DNA of 64,000 bases from Candidatus Hydrogenedentota bacterium (GCA_963745075.1 CAVUWV010000024.1:256001-320000); one strand, 5' to 3'. Positions 41,401 to 53,241 are shown, counted from the first letter of the stretch. A program made the numbers and translations. Notes: generated by a model not told the origin, from the sequence alone.

Positions 41401-42852
41401 GAGTTGCACGTTCTTGTGCTGAAGCGTCAGCACGTACACGACCGTCAGCGCGACGATGAGCAAGGCGGACGCTCCGGCCGTCAGGGCGACCGTCTTGTGA
41501 CGCTTGACCCAGCGACGGAGATAATCTCCCAGCGAGTAGCGATAGGCCGCGACGAGTGAGCCGGTTTGGAAGCGGGAAATCTCAGAAGCCAGTTCTTTGG
41601 CGTCCGCGTACCGGCGCGTCCGATCGCGCTCCATCGCACGATCGCAAATGGCTGCAAGCTCGGGCGGCGCCAGCGGTTCGACGCTGAGAACGGGAGCGGG
41701 TCGATCGGAAAGGACCTTTTGGAGAACCGCTTTGGGTTTGCCGCGTTCGTAAGGGCCTTTCCCCGTCAAGATCTCATACAGGACCGCGCCCAGCGAATAC
41801 ACGTCGGAGCGTTCATCGATCTGATCCAGGTCGCCTTTTGCCTGTTCAGGCGGCATGTACACCGGGGTTCCGAGCACTTGGCCGTACGTCGTTTGCGTGG
41901 CCTCGACCGACGACGACATTCTAAATGCCCGCAACGTCTCGGCAAAGTTGTCGGGTCGCTCGGTGTCGTCCTGGAGTGATTTAGCCAGCCCCCAATCCAG
42001 TACGACGGTCTCGCCAAACTCGCCGATCATGATATTGCCCGGTTTGATATCCCGATGGATTATCCCGCGGCTGTGGGCGTAGGCCATGGCTTGGCACATA
42101 TCCAGGAAGTGCGGCAACAACGAGAGCCGACCGGTAAGTGAAGGCGTTTCCTTGAGAACATCCAAAAGCGTCCGGCCGCGGACCAGCTTCATCGTGTAGT
42201 ACATCGAGCCATCTTCATGGCGGCCTAATTCGTATACCGGAATGATCGCGGGATGCTCGAGTTGACCGGTCAGTCGCGCCTCCTGAAGGAAACGGGAAAC
42301 GACCGTCAACGCTTGATGGCGGGGCGTGAGCGTTTCGTCTTCCTGCGCGGCGAAGGGGAGCAACTCCTTCATGGCGACTTCACGGCCGATATGCTCGTCG
42401 TACACGAGAAGCACCCGGCCCATTCCGCCGCGGGCGTACTCGCTTACGCTCGTATACCGGCCGGGCGTCTCATCGACCGCGGGGACGGAGTCGTCGAGTT
42501 GGCCAAGTGGGATGCCTCTCCGTTCGATCGTGACATCCTCATCCCCGTCGTACGGCGCCTGCCCCATGAAGGTTCGATCGATGCACTCGGCGCCGCCGAA
42601 ACCGGCGAGCGTTGCCTGCACGTCGCCGCTGTGGGCGGCAATAGCCTCGTCCACCAAGCGGTTCAGGAAATCGCAATCGGACTCTTGCAGAAATCCGGAC
42701 GCAACGAGATAATTGGATAAATTGCGGCTGCGATCGAATGCCCAGGAAGATGCACACTGGGCCAATTGAGCGGGCGACACCCCCCGGAGCTGCATCGCCA
42801 GTACGCCAAAGAGAAGATCTCGGTCGTCTTCGATGCTCATTTCGGAAGCCAC
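38496..42852 (-). CDS. Hanks-type Ser/Thr kinase with TM helix, WD40 repeats and two PDZ-like C-terminal modules (frameshift near 39840)
   Basis: RGGMGRV, VAMK, HRDIKPGN, DWGLAK, GTPVYMPPEQ; many FSPDG/WD repeats; LGIRSGDR..ELDG and LHLQYQDRIIQIDD. Confidence 0.88.
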
Positions 42853-43003
42853 ACCTTACCGAACAAGGAATAGACTTTGTTCGTCGGAAACCGATATCGT
42901 GAGCACGCGTGTATCCTCCCACCAACTCCATCGTGGTAGCACAAAAGGCTATCTACGTTCAATACGCGTGCCGGATTACGAGGTGCGGCGCAGCCGAACC
43001 GCC

Positions 43004-43984
43004 TCAGAGCACTTCAGGATTGACGCAGTTGGGCGGCTTCTCACCGTTCAACCGCGCCACGATGTTGCTGGCGGCGATGTGCGCCATTTTGCCCCGGGTC
43101 TCCAGCGTGGCACTTCCCAGATGGGGGAGCAAGACGGCGTTCTCGCACTCGAACAGGCCGGGATGGACCTTGGGCTCTTCCTCGTACACATCGAGTCCCG
43201 CCCCCGCGATTTCGCCGGACTTGAGCGCTTCGACCAGCGCCGCTTCGTCGATGACCGGCCCTCGGGAGGTGTTGACGAGGTAGGCCGTTCTCTTCATGGC
43301 CTGGAAGTCAGCGGCGCCAAACGCGTGGGTTGTCTCTGGAAGCAGCGGACAGTGGATGCTGACGAAATCCGACTCGGCCAGTAGCGTCTCCTTGTCCACC
43401 TCGGTTGCGTGGTATTCGTGATCGATCTCGGGATCGACCGTCTCGCGGCTCGTATACAGGACCTGCATATCAAAGGCTTTGGCCCGGCGTGCGACCGCTT
43501 TGCCGATTCGACCGAATCCGAAAATGCCGAGCGTCTTGCCGAAAACGTCCGAACCCATCAGTTGCATCGGGCCCCATCCGGTCCATTTGCCGGCTCTCAG
43601 AATGCGTTCGGATTCACCGAGCCTGCGCGCAACGGCGAGAATCAACGACCACGTCAAGTCGGCCGTGGTTTCCGTCAACACGCCGGGCGTATTCGTCACC
43701 GGGACCTTGCGTTCGGTGGCGGCCGGAACGTCGATGTTGTTGTAACCGACCGCAAAGTTGGCGACGATCTTGAGCTGCGGGCCCGCTGCGTCCAAGACTT
43801 CCCCGTCAATGCGATCGGTCAAAATGGGCAGAAGCGCATCGACGCCCTTGACAGCGGCAAGCAGCGCTTCCCGCGGAATGACCTGGTCTTCCGGATACAC
43901 GGTCACGGCGTCTTTGCCGAATGTCTCGTACAAAAGATTCAATCCCTTATCCGGGATGCGACGGGCGACGAATATCTTGGCCAT
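43004..43984 (-). CDS. D-isomer 2-hydroxyacid dehydrogenase (glyoxylate reductase/D-glycerate dehydrogenase)
   Basis: AVGYNNID, TNTPGVL, GFGRIG, NTSRG, LDVYEEEP, PHLGSAT. Confidence 0.92.
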   Translation of the reverse strand: MAKIFVARRIPDKGLNLLYETFGKDAVTVYPEDQVIPREALLAAVKGVDALLPILTDRIDGEVLDAAGPQLKIVANFAVGYNNIDVPAATERKVPVTNTPGVLTETTADLTWSLILAVARRLGESERILRAGKWTGWGPMQLMGSDVFGKTLGIFGFGRIGKAVARRAKAFDMQVLYTSRETVDPEIDHEYHATEVDKETLLAESDFVSIHCPLLPETTHAFGAADFQAMKRTAYLVNTSRGPVIDEAALVEALKSGEIAGAGLDVYEEEPKVHPGLFECENAVLLPHLGSATLETRGKMAHIAASNIVARLNGEKPPNCVNPEVL

Positions 43985-44093
43985 GATTTCCTCCTTCGCG
44001 TGTTATGAGCCGAGTGAGGCTGCGGAATCGTGATGAAAGGACAACGGGCCTGCGGACAACGGATGATGTGGTGCCGCAGGCACGTTGATACCG

Positions 44094-45002
44094 TTAGACG
44101 AGCTTCCAGGCTTCTTCCAGTTTGCGCTTGGACTCTTCGACTATTTCCTCCGAGGTTTCGCCGGCCATCGGCTTGACCTCAAAACTGAGTACCCGCCGAT
44201 TCTCCCGGGAAAGGTATCCGGTGTCCAGAAGCACCTTCAAGTATTCGACGAGTTCCGGGACGTCGTTGCGCGTGCCCGGCGCGCCAAATCGCGGATGATT
44301 GTCCCCGTACGCGGGATGATCTGGATCGTCCATGGCGCAATTGCCCATGTGCGCGTGCACAAGATGAGCGCCGGCGGTGCGAATACCGTGGTCGGGCGTC
44401 TCGCCCTGCAACGGCAGGTGGCTCAGATCGAGCATGAGGCCGAATTCCGGATACTCTTTGCGCACTTCCTCCGAGACCGTGACTGCGTCCACGGTTGGCC
44501 CGATGAGACAATTCTTTCCGTAGGGTACCTGGTCAAAAGTCTCCAGGACGAGCGGCAATCCTTTTTCCAGCGCGTACCCGGCCAGTTGACGCAAAGAATC
44601 CACGAGACGCGCCATGGCGGCGTTCTTATCGGGGCTGACCGTGCCGCTTAAGACGGCCACGCCTTTCGCGCCGAGTTCCTCGGCCTGATCGATGCCAATC
44701 TTCACGGCTTCGATGGCTTTGAGACGTTCGTCGTTTTCGGGATGATTCAGGTTCAGCTTCCCGCCGAGGAGGATGGGTTGCGCGCCGAGGCACAGTTCGA
44801 CGTTCAAGTCTTCTGCCAGCGCCCGTGCCTTCTTGCGCACGTCCGGATCGTTGATGCGCGTAATCTCGATCGCGTCGAAGAGCGGGTCCTTGCCCAACGC
44901 TTCCAGGCTCTCAATAATCGGGCCGTCCCCGCCGCCGCACGCGGGATAGGCCATGAAGTGTACGATGCCGATCTTTGCGTAGTCCTGAATGGAACCATCC
45001 AT
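44094..45002 (-). CDS. Sugar phosphate isomerase/epimerase (TIM barrel)
   Basis: LETFD, DLSH, HAHMGN, SFEVKP metal-ligand pattern. Confidence 0.8.
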   Translation of the reverse strand: MDGSIQDYAKIGIVHFMAYPACGGGDGPIIESLEALGKDPLFDAIEITRINDPDVRKKARALAEDLNVELCLGAQPILLGGKLNLNHPENDERLKAIEAVKIGIDQAEELGAKGVAVLSGTVSPDKNAAMARLVDSLRQLAGYALEKGLPLVLETFDQVPYGKNCLIGPTVDAVTVSEEVRKEYPEFGLMLDLSHLPLQGETPDHGIRTAGAHLVHAHMGNCAMDDPDHPAYGDNHPRFGAPGTRNDVPELVEYLKVLLDTGYLSRENRRVLSFEVKPMAGETSEEIVEESKRKLEEAWKLV

Positions 45003-45041
45003 GGGTTTTACGATCTCCTCATGGTTTTGATTGCGATTCTC

Positions 45042-46495
45042 TTAGACCACGTACGTGGATGCAGAGGTCGCGCCGCCGCGGCCGGTCCAGTTGGTGTGGA
45101 AGAACTCGCCGCGCGGTTTGTCGACTCGCTCATAGGTGTGCGCGCCGAAATAGTCGCGTTGCGCCTGCAACAGGTTGGCCGGCAGCCGTTCGCAACGGTA
45201 GCCGTCGAAATAGGCCAGCGCGGAACTGATGGCCGGTGCGGGAATGCCCATATTCACCGCGGTCGACACGACCCGCCGCCACGCTGCCTGGGCCTTGGAC
45301 ACGGCGTCCTGGAAGAACGGATCGAGCAGCAGGTTGACCAGGTCGTGGTTATCGTCGAAGGCTTCTTTGATCTTGCCCAGGAAAGCCGACCGGATGATGC
45401 AGCCGCCGCGCCACATCAGTGCGATACCGCCGTAGTTCAGGTTCCAGCCGTATTCCGCCGCGGCCGCGCGCATAAGCTGGTAGCCCTGCGCGTAACTCAC
45501 GATCTTCGACGCGTAGAGCGCCTGGCGAAGGTCGTCGACAAACGCTTTCTTGTCGCCGTCAAAGGCGCTCACCTGCCCCTTGAGGTGTTTGGCCGCTTCG
45601 ACGCGCTCATCCTTGATCGCGGAGAGACAACGCGCGAACACGGCCTCGCCGATCAGCGTGAGCGGTTGTCCCGAGTCCAGCGCCGCCACGACGGTCCATT
45701 TGCCCGTACCTTTCTGGCCGGCGCGTGTCCAGAATCAGATCGACCACGGCATTGCCGTCGTCGTCCTTGTGCCCGAGGATGTCGCGGGTGATTTCGATGA
45801 GATACGAATCCAGTTCGCCCTCGTTCCATTCGGCGAAGACCTCGTGCATTTCCTCGTTCGACATGCCGAGGCCCTGCTTCATGAGCTGATAGGTCTCGCA
45901 GATCATCTGCATGTCGCCGTATTCGATGCCGTTGTGGACCATCTTGACGAAGTGGCCCGCACCGCCTTCGCCGACCCAGTCGCAGCACGGCGTCGCCGTC
46001 TTCGGTCTTCGCGGCGATCCCCTGGAAGATCGGCTTCACGTGCTCCCACGCCGCCGGCGAGCCGCCCGGCATGATGGATGGTCCCTTGAGGGCCCCTTCT
46101 TCGCCGCCGGAAACGCCCGTGCCGATGTAAAGCAGGCCCTTGCTTTCGCAGTACTTGGCCCGCCGGATCGTGTCCGGGAAGTGGCTGTTGCCGCCGTCGA
46201 TGATGATGTCGCCCTTCTCCAGGTGCGGCGCCAATTGCTCGATGAAATCGTCCACCGGTTGGCCCGCCTTGACGAGCATCATCACCTTCCGCGGGCGCTT
46301 CAGGCTGGCGCAAAGTTCCTCGATGCTGTGGCAACCCTTAAAATTCTTGCCCTTGCCGCGGCCCTCGATGAACTTGTCCACCTTCGCCACGGTTCGGTTG
46401 TATACCGCAACGGAGAAGCCCTTGCTCTCCATGTTCAACACCAAATTCTCGCCCATGACGGCGAGGCCGATGAGTCCAATATCCATTTCTGCCAT
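45042..46495 (-). CDS. gnd: NADP-dependent 6-phosphogluconate dehydrogenase (frameshifts near 45990 and 45720)
   Basis: [58 protein letters not shown]. Confidence 0.93.
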
Positions 46496-46642
46496 GAGTA
46501 GCAATCTCCTTAACAGGTCTGTGTACCGAATTCCCCCAACGCATGCATTTCCCGCGTGTCGGATTCTCGAATGCCCGCACCGGACGTGGAGGAAACGCAC
46601 AATGAGCCGATTGTACTACAAAACGGGGGGCAGAACGAAGGG

Positions 46643-47557
46643 TCACATCGCCAGAATTTGCTGCCAGCACTCTACGATGCTTTGCTGTTCACGCTCCGGG
46701 GAGTACCGCTTGGCGATGAAGTCCGCCGCGGCCTGGGCCGTTTGACGATGGTCCCCGGCCAGCAGTTCCTCGGCGGTCTGGGCGAATCGAATGATGTCGC
46801 CCTGCTCCACGGGAAAGGCGTAGGGCTCTTTCAGGTACTCCCTGCCGCCCATGGCGTGATAGCCGGCGACGATGCAGCCGCAGCCCATGGCCTCGCAAGG
46901 CGGTAGCCCGAACCCCTCCGGATAGCCGAAGGAGAAGAAGTAGCGGGACTTGCGCAGCACCGCCGCCGCCTCCTCGCGGCTCATGTCGATCATGGGCACT
47001 GCCGGCATCTCGATGCCGCGTTCCCGCAGGATGCTGAACACCTGCTTCGCGTCCTCCATGTTCTTCGACGGCACGAAGGCGATTTGATCGAGCTTTTCCG
47101 CGGGGTCGTAGTAGTAGAGATCCGGGTCGATGCCGTGCGTGGTGCGTAGGATGGGCACATCGGGGAAAACGTATCGGAGGTAATCTTCGTTGTCCTCAGA
47201 CACCACGATGGTCGCCAGCGCGTCCTGGTAATGGTAGGGCCCCGTGAACCCGAGCGGGTAGGGGAAGAACGTCAGGTACGCCCCCTGATTGAAAATCACC
47301 TTGCGCAGCTCAGGGAACAGGTTCGGCCACTGGTGCTCGATGATCGCCGACACCACGACGATGGCATTCGTGTGGGCGACCACTTCCTTCATGTTCTCGA
47401 TGCGGGTCGTGTTCGGGAACCAACTCACCCGGAACCCCGGCTCCACGTGTAACACCGCCGCGTCGATGCCGTGGGCATTCAGCACGTCCACATGGCGATA
47501 ACAGGCCCACATGCCTCCGGATGGTTCGTCGTAGTCTGTGGCGTAATATAAGATCAT
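46643..47557 (-). CDS. GT-B glycosyltransferase (GT4-like)
   Basis: PSGG N-terminus, EGFGLPPCEAMGCGC. Confidence 0.85.
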   Translation of the reverse strand: MILYYATDYDEPSGGMWACYRHVDVLNAHGIDAAVLHVEPGFRVSWFPNTTRIENMKEVVAHTNAIVVVSAIIEHQWPNLFPELRKVIFNQGAYLTFFPYPLGFTGPYHYQDALATIVVSEDNEDYLRYVFPDVPILRTTHGIDPDLYYYDPAEKLDQIAFVPSKNMEDAKQVFSILRERGIEMPAVPMIDMSREEAAAVLRKSRYFFSFGYPEGFGLPPCEAMGCGCIVAGYHAMGGREYLKEPYAFPVEQGDIIRFAQTAEELLAGDHRQTAQAAADFIAKRYSPEREQQSIVECWQQILAM

Positions 47558-47696
47558 CCATGAATGGAGCCACGCAAGACGTGGCCGATGTAGATTAATC
47601 GCGTGAGCGGTTGTCGGACCGTTTTGTCGATGACTCAGTGTAACGGAGCCTCAGGGAGATTCCAAACCAATGCGCGGTACTGCTTGTGTCTTCTTC

Positions 47697-47771
47697 CTTC
47701 GTGCCCTTCGCGGCTTCGTGGTGACTCTTTTGAATTCAGTATCCACCGCGAAGGCGCGAAGACCGCGAAGG
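47697..47771. repeat. Palindromic element of three CTTCGYG units per arm
   Basis: CTTCGTGCC CTTCGCGG CTTCGTGGTG ... CACCGCGAAG GCGCGAAG ACCGCGAAG. Confidence 0.75.
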
Positions 47772-47786
47772 GGTCTGGTGAACGGG

Positions 47787-49025
47787 TCATCTGATCGTTA
47801 TGGTCACCGCCTCTTTCACTTTGAGCCTCTCGATCGTTTCCTCCAGCTTCTGGAGCACATACTCCCGTGCGGGTGATTTGGGTTGGTCACGGTATTTTGT
47901 CTCAATCTCGCGCTGTATTGACTCAAGCACGTCGAAGCGCGCCTGATTCTCCGGTTCGGGCAAGTTCTCGTACACACGAAGCACCTCGTTGAAGCTGTTT
48001 TTCGCGGCTTGCTGGTCCGCCGGCGAATGTGTCTTCATGGCGTTATCCGCCACGTCGTACAGGACATCCCCCACCATAATCCTCTTTCGAACGAAGTCAA
48101 CTACGGCTGACAAAGCGGTCTCTCCGCCAGGGCGGCAAGCATCTTGAATCAGTTTCGCGAACGCGTGCGTAGCGAGCGGAGCATACACCGGAGGTCCCTG
48201 GAGCTTTGATTCCACAATTGCTGCGAGTTCTTCGGGGGAGGCCGTGTCGATGGCAAGGTATTGGCGCTCGCTGTATGTTTCCTCAGGTTTGAAGCCCAGA
48301 AGGTTGTCAACGTCAATACCCACGACCCGCTTCGCGGTTAGCACGGCACGCAACTCGGGAGCCTCTTGAATAAGGTGCTGGAGTATTTCGTCATATCTGG
48401 AGTGCCACACATAGCCCATGAATCGAAGCCTCGAGCAGGCGAAATCGTGAACGATGGGGTCCGTATCGGGCACGTAATCCTTAAACAAGTCAATTACCGC
48501 ATTCCCGCCGTCATGTGGCACTATGGATGCGCCATAAAACGTCGTTCGGTAAGCGGCGTCCAAGAACCCTCGGACCTTATCCGCCTCACTTGTTCTTTCA
48601 AGTCGATCCTTCACAACCGCAAGGATTCTCTCGCGTTGCTGCGAGCGCACTTCCGGTTGATCGAAGAGCATGCGCTTATTGCATTCCGCAACCCAGCAAA
48701 GACTCTGCATTCGCGCATCCCGAGCAATTTCGGTCAAAGTTCCTTTCTTCTCTATGATTCCCCAGATTGCCTCGGACAAGAAACGCCTTTCGCACTTCTC
48801 GGCCAGCACGGCGTTGTCGTAGGCGTCAACCCCGCCGGGAGGCGTCTCCAAGATGGTATCAAGGTTCTCGATCAGCAGTGGCCCCGTCGCAGTCATATCG
48901 ATTAGGGTTTGTGTCGCTTCGCGGCTACCGAGGTCTTGCGCTTGCGTGGCAGGAGAATCGCGCTCTTCGGACAACGATGTTGCAGCGATTGCCATGAGCG
49001 AGAGGATTGTTGCTATGTATCTCAT
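47787..49025 (-). CDS. Secreted hypothetical protein, probably helical
   Basis: ~412-aa ORF with GGGAG RBS and signal peptide; no family recognised. Confidence 0.7.
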   Translation of the reverse strand: MRYIATILSLMAIAATSLSEERDSPATQAQDLGSREATQTLIDMTATGPLLIENLDTILETPPGGVDAYDNAVLAEKCERRFLSEAIWGIIEKKGTLTEIARDARMQSLCWVAECNKRMLFDQPEVRSQQRERILAVVKDRLERTSEADKVRGFLDAAYRTTFYGASIVPHDGGNAVIDLFKDYVPDTDPIVHDFACSRLRFMGYVWHSRYDEILQHLIQEAPELRAVLTAKRVVGIDVDNLLGFKPEETYSERQYLAIDTASPEELAAIVESKLQGPPVYAPLATHAFAKLIQDACRPGGETALSAVVDFVRKRIMVGDVLYDVADNAMKTHSPADQQAAKNSFNEVLRVYENLPEPENQARFDVLESIQREIETKYRDQPKSPAREYVLQKLEETIERLKVKEAVTITIR

Positions 49026-49230
49026 CGCTATTGGCTCCCTGTTCATTGAACGAATTTTGCCGATGCCACAACGAAAAGTATGAACGAGGTCGATATCTGA
49101 CCCGGCTTTATCGTGTCAGCGCGCGCCGTGGGCCATTCCAGTTCCCCCGCGAGTCATATGGACGCCGCCCTAAGGTTCTATGCTTTATAGTATCCTATGT
49201 CGTGAAAATCTGCAATGGGAACCGCCAGAA

Positions 49231-49284
49231 TTGTGGTGCAAGTTTCCAGCCTGAAAAACGGCAGGCTGGAAGCCTGCACCACAA
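49231..49284. repeat. REP-like palindrome
   Basis: TTGTGGTGCAAGTTTCCAGCCTG-N8-CAGGCTGGAAGCCTGCACCACAA. Confidence 0.8.
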
Positions 49285-49399
49285 AGGGACCGCAGCTTGG
49301 TGAGATACGAGCGACGTTGCCCCGGCCCTTGAACCCCGGCAAGTGTTTTGCTTGAATGGGCGGACGCACGGGGGCCGTCAGCACCAAGGGAGCCAATAC

Positions 49400-51515
49400 G
49401 TGGAGAACACCGTAAAGAATCCGTTGTGGAAAGTGTCGAGCATTTTTCTTATCGCGCTGTCGCTGTCGATGGGGTGGGGGATACGCGGCAATTACGGGCA
49501 CGAGTCCGGCGCGTGGATTCCCGGCGCACTCGCGGCGATGGCGATCGCGATCTTGTCGCAGCGCGAGGACTGGCGGCAGCGGGTTCATTACTTTGCGCTG
49601 TTCGGCGGGCTCGGGCTCGGGTTCGGCGGTTCCATCTCGTACATGTATGCCCTGTCCTTTTCGAGTTCCGGCTATCTGCCGTCCGCGTGGTATGGGTACA
49701 TGCTGGTCTTCTTCGAAGGTGCGCTGTGGTGCGGGCTCGGCGGCGCAGGGATGGCCCTGGCCGCCACCGCGAAGCGCGACCGGCTCACGGCGCTCATCGT
49801 GCCCCATGTGTTTTGCTATTGCCGCGCTGATTCTGCACAAATTGATCGAAGAGCCCGTCGCGGCGTTTCTGAATCCGCCCGCGGCGGAAGTGATGGACGC
49901 CACCTGGCACCGGCAGAAGAGTCCGCTCTACTGGTTCGACGCGGACTGGTTCTCGGCGTTGATGGTGTTCTTGGGCGTGTGCCTTTACGACCTGTGGAAC
50001 CGTCGACGGGATGCCCGATATGCCATGTCGGCGCTGCTGCTGGTGGCATTTCTCGCGGGCGGCGCACTGGTCGGCTGGGGCGTGCAACAGGGCGTGCGCG
50101 CCGCGGGGATGGAATCGCAGGTCAGCAGCTTCTTGGATGTTCCTCTCGCCGACCCCAGCGCCATCAACCCCACGACGGGCATCGCCTACGGCGATGAGAT
50201 CAACGAGCGCACGGGTGAGCCCTGGGGTTTGGACAACTTCCTGACGAACTGGCCGCAACCCTTCAGCGACTATTCCCAACACGTCGGCTGGGGCGTCGGA
50301 CTTTTCCTGGGGTGGATGCTGTACTTCCTCAACTTCGGGAAGTGGCGCAACGACAGCGGGCTGTTCCTGTACATGTCCATGGGGTGGATGGTGGGCTTCA
50401 TGCTGTTCCCCGTCTTCGGGACGGTCGTGCTCTACCACGTGGGCGTGGCCCTCAAGAACGCGGGCCACGACGTGTACGTGCCGCTCTTCGGCGGGTTCCG
50501 GTTCATGCCGCCCCGGAGCGACGACTGGGCGGGGATTCTGGGCGTGTTCGTTGGCGCCATTATTTACTGCGCGCGCAAGGGGTGGAAACCCGTCGCGCTT
50601 GGCGCGAGCCTCAGCGGGCTCATCGGCGGCATCATGTTTGCCTCGATGAAATTTTTCCGGTTCCTCCTGCTCATTCCGGGCAACAAGTGGCTTCACGAAG
50701 GTACCGTGCCGTCGGACTGGGCCTTCTACCAGAGCGCAAACTGGCACAGCTTCCTCGAACAATCCCAGGGCTTCGGCCACGGCATCGCCTTCGCCGTCAC
50801 GGCGGCGGTGTTGTGGTCCCGCGTGAAGGTCCATCGCGACGAGCCCCGCGTACGGCTCTGGACTGAACCCTTCGCGGTCGGGTTCGTCGTGCTGTTCATG
50901 ACCTACGCAAACATCTACAAGAACGTAGCGGAGTGGACCGGCGGCCAGACGAAGGTCGTGCCTGAATCCATGAGGCCGCCGCTGATCGCGGAACTCTTCA
51001 CTGGCCCGAACCATCCGATTACCTTGAGCGCGCTGACCTGGTTCAACCTCGCGTGGATCGCGGCGGGACTGGCCTTGATCGGGCTCATGATCGTTCACCT
51101 GCGCGGCCGGCGCGTCGAGATGCTGCCGTCCAGTTGGGTCGGGCGCGGCCAACTCATGTACGTGCTCGTGCTGTGGATCATGGTCCTCGGCAATTTCGAA
51201 CGTGCACTGCCCAACTTCGACGAAAATCGTCTGATTACCGAATGGGTGATCCTGATCAACGCGTGCATCGCCACCTTCCTGCTCGGATACCTCCCGAAAC
51301 CGACCGTGGAACTGAACGTCGAAGAGCCGGCGCCGTTTCGTCCCGGCCTCGCCCGCGTGTGGGCCATCGGTCTGCCCGTCGCTTTCGTCCTCATGACCCT
51401 GTACACCTTCGCCGAGCGCGGTGTCCTCGGCAGCACGCCCGTCTATCAGGACCGCTTCGGCCCCAACGCCGAGTGGGCCATCAAACCCATTCTGAAGGAG
51501 GGGAAGCATCGGTAA
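49400..51515 (+). CDS. Polytopic membrane protein of unknown function (frameshift near 49810)
   Basis: MGWGIRGNYGHESGA N-terminus, NWHSFLEQSQG, many TM helices. Confidence 0.75.
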
Positions 51516-51557
51516 GAGGCTGGAGTCCGGAGGCTGGAGGCGGGAGACTGGAGGGGC
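51516..51557 (+). repeat. Heptamer tandem array (GAGGCTG-like) x6
   Basis: gaggctg gagtccg gaggctg gaggcgg gagactg gaggggc immediately after the stop codon. Confidence 0.7.
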
Positions 51558-51609
51558 GCAGGAGAGTGAAGGGTGAAGACGTGCGTTTCGGTCGGGCTGG
51601 GGCGGCTCA

Positions 51610-51730
51610 GTGGGGCACGGGCGTCTCGCCCGTGGAGGGGGTCGAGTCGTAACGGCGGCTGGCGATGGGCTGTGTAATGGATCAAGACTGGGGAGGGGTA
51701 AAGAGCCAACGGGCGAGACGCCCGTTCCCC
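51610..51730. repeat. Inverted pair of REP-like palindromes
   Basis: GTGGGGCACGGGCGTCTCGCCCGTG (51610-51634) and AACGGGCGAGACGCCCGTTCCCC (51708-51730). Confidence 0.8.
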
Positions 51731-51892
51731 GTTGAGCCCGCCCTCCCTGGAAACCCACAGCGCGGCGGTTGGAATTGCGTGACATCAACTTCGCGAAGTA
51801 GATTCAGCGTGGAGGCGACGCGCGGGGCCATGTAATTTCAGTTTCCTGTGGCGTTTTGCAGTGGTGCGATTCAATGGATGCATGAGGTGGTG

Positions 51893-52996
51893 ATGCGAAG
51901 TTTCTTCCTTGCGCTTGCTTTGGCGATCCCGGTTGGCACATTCGGTCAAGGACCCCCCGTACCGGAGGACCGGATCGTATCGTGGATGCAGGAACTCAAA
52001 CCGTTGCCGAAGATCCATTACTCATGGCCGCTTCCCTACGAAACGATTTCTGACGACGTGTTGTTCGAGTACGTACGTTTGACCCACGCGTCGTCGCTCA
52101 GTGGCGAGTGGAGCAATCAAGAGGCGATCGATCGGGCGGTTGCGGTTTGTGGCCGGGTGAACGCCACCAAGCCGGAGATCCCGGCAACCATCGGCGTGAA
52201 CTATTCGGTCTGGCACAGGCGTTTTGGCAAGGAGTTGCCACCGACCGATACCGGGCCAACCTGCGAGGCGGAACTCGATCACCTGCGAACGCGCATGGAA
52301 GCCATTCGGGACGGGGTGGCGGAAGCGATCGAGAAGCATCAGGTCAACGTGACGGTCAGCGCCATCCTGTTCGACTCGGAACGGTTCCATACGAAGAAAG
52401 ACGATGCGCAGTGGAACGCGGCGATCACACAGAAATACAATGCGGCCTACGAGGTTGTTCGTGATGTTTTCCCCGAGGTGCGCGTCGAATGGTATGCACG
52501 CGGAGCCGTCCAGCCGGGGGCCTCGGCCACCGGCTGGAGCGAGTCAAAGTATTTCACGCTGGACGAAAAGGGGGAGTCCTTTGGCTGCTCGCTGTACGAG
52601 GTGCCGGAGATCGGATACACGCGGGCGATCTTTCGCCGGACCGCTGAGAACGCAGCACGGCATGGCTGTGAGGAGGTGACGCCGTGGATTGCGTTGGCTT
52701 CCGGGTATCGGCGTCAGACGGACCAGTATGATAAATGGTCGATCGATTGGAATTACGACCTCATTTACTCCTGGCAACTTGGGCGGGAACTGAATAATTC
52801 GTGGTTCGGAGTGCCCGAACGGGCCGAGCGCTTCGCGCCGTGGAACAAGGCGACGATTGCGGTCTTCTATCCCGAGCCGTTTGGCCGGTCGCCGCACTGG
52901 GGGCAGCACTTCGTCGCGTACGTCCGTGGCGCGAACGGAATCAAGGAACTGCCGGAAGAAAACGTGTCCGCAGATGACGCAGATTCTCAGAGTTGA
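51893..52996 (+). CDS. Secreted hypothetical protein (possible glycoside-hydrolase-like barrel)
   Basis: GAGG RBS, signal peptide, aromatic-rich sequence, ILFDSE motif. Confidence 0.65.
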   Translation: MRSFFLALALAIPVGTFGQGPPVPEDRIVSWMQELKPLPKIHYSWPLPYETISDDVLFEYVRLTHASSLSGEWSNQEAIDRAVAVCGRVNATKPEIPATIGVNYSVWHRRFGKELPPTDTGPTCEAELDHLRTRMEAIRDGVAEAIEKHQVNVTVSAILFDSERFHTKKDDAQWNAAITQKYNAAYEVVRDVFPEVRVEWYARGAVQPGASATGWSESKYFTLDEKGESFGCSLYEVPEIGYTRAIFRRTAENAARHGCEEVTPWIALASGYRRQTDQYDKWSIDWNYDLIYSWQLGRELNNSWFGVPERAERFAPWNKATIAVFYPEPFGRSPHWGQHFVAYVRGANGIKELPEENVSADDADSQS

Positions 52997-53129
52997 ACAC
53001 AAGAGCTTAGCGGTCCACCGATTGCACTGATCCACAGCGATTTCAAGATAGCCTCGGACAGAAGACCGCGTGACCAGTATAGACGCCATATGTTCCTCTG
53101 CGTCCATTCCAAAGCATGATATGATGCTC

Positions 53130-53224
53130 TGCGAATACGGGTCTTATGCCCGCGTTGCCGGAGGGGTCTCTTGCCGCAATCGTGCGGCTCAAGGGTGTTA
53201 TCAAGAAACCAGATAACCGTTGTT
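53130..53224 (+). other. attI-like leader, copy A
   Basis: 67 of 95 positions identical (one gap, hand alignment) to 54054-54147; both end at TTGTT just before a cassette-like gene. Confidence 0.55.
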
Positions 53225-53241
53225 CGGTGGGGGAAACGACA

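Noticed and set aside
47787..49025. Orphan secreted gene as another integron cassette
   Set aside because: No RYYYAAC or attC hairpin after its stop codon.
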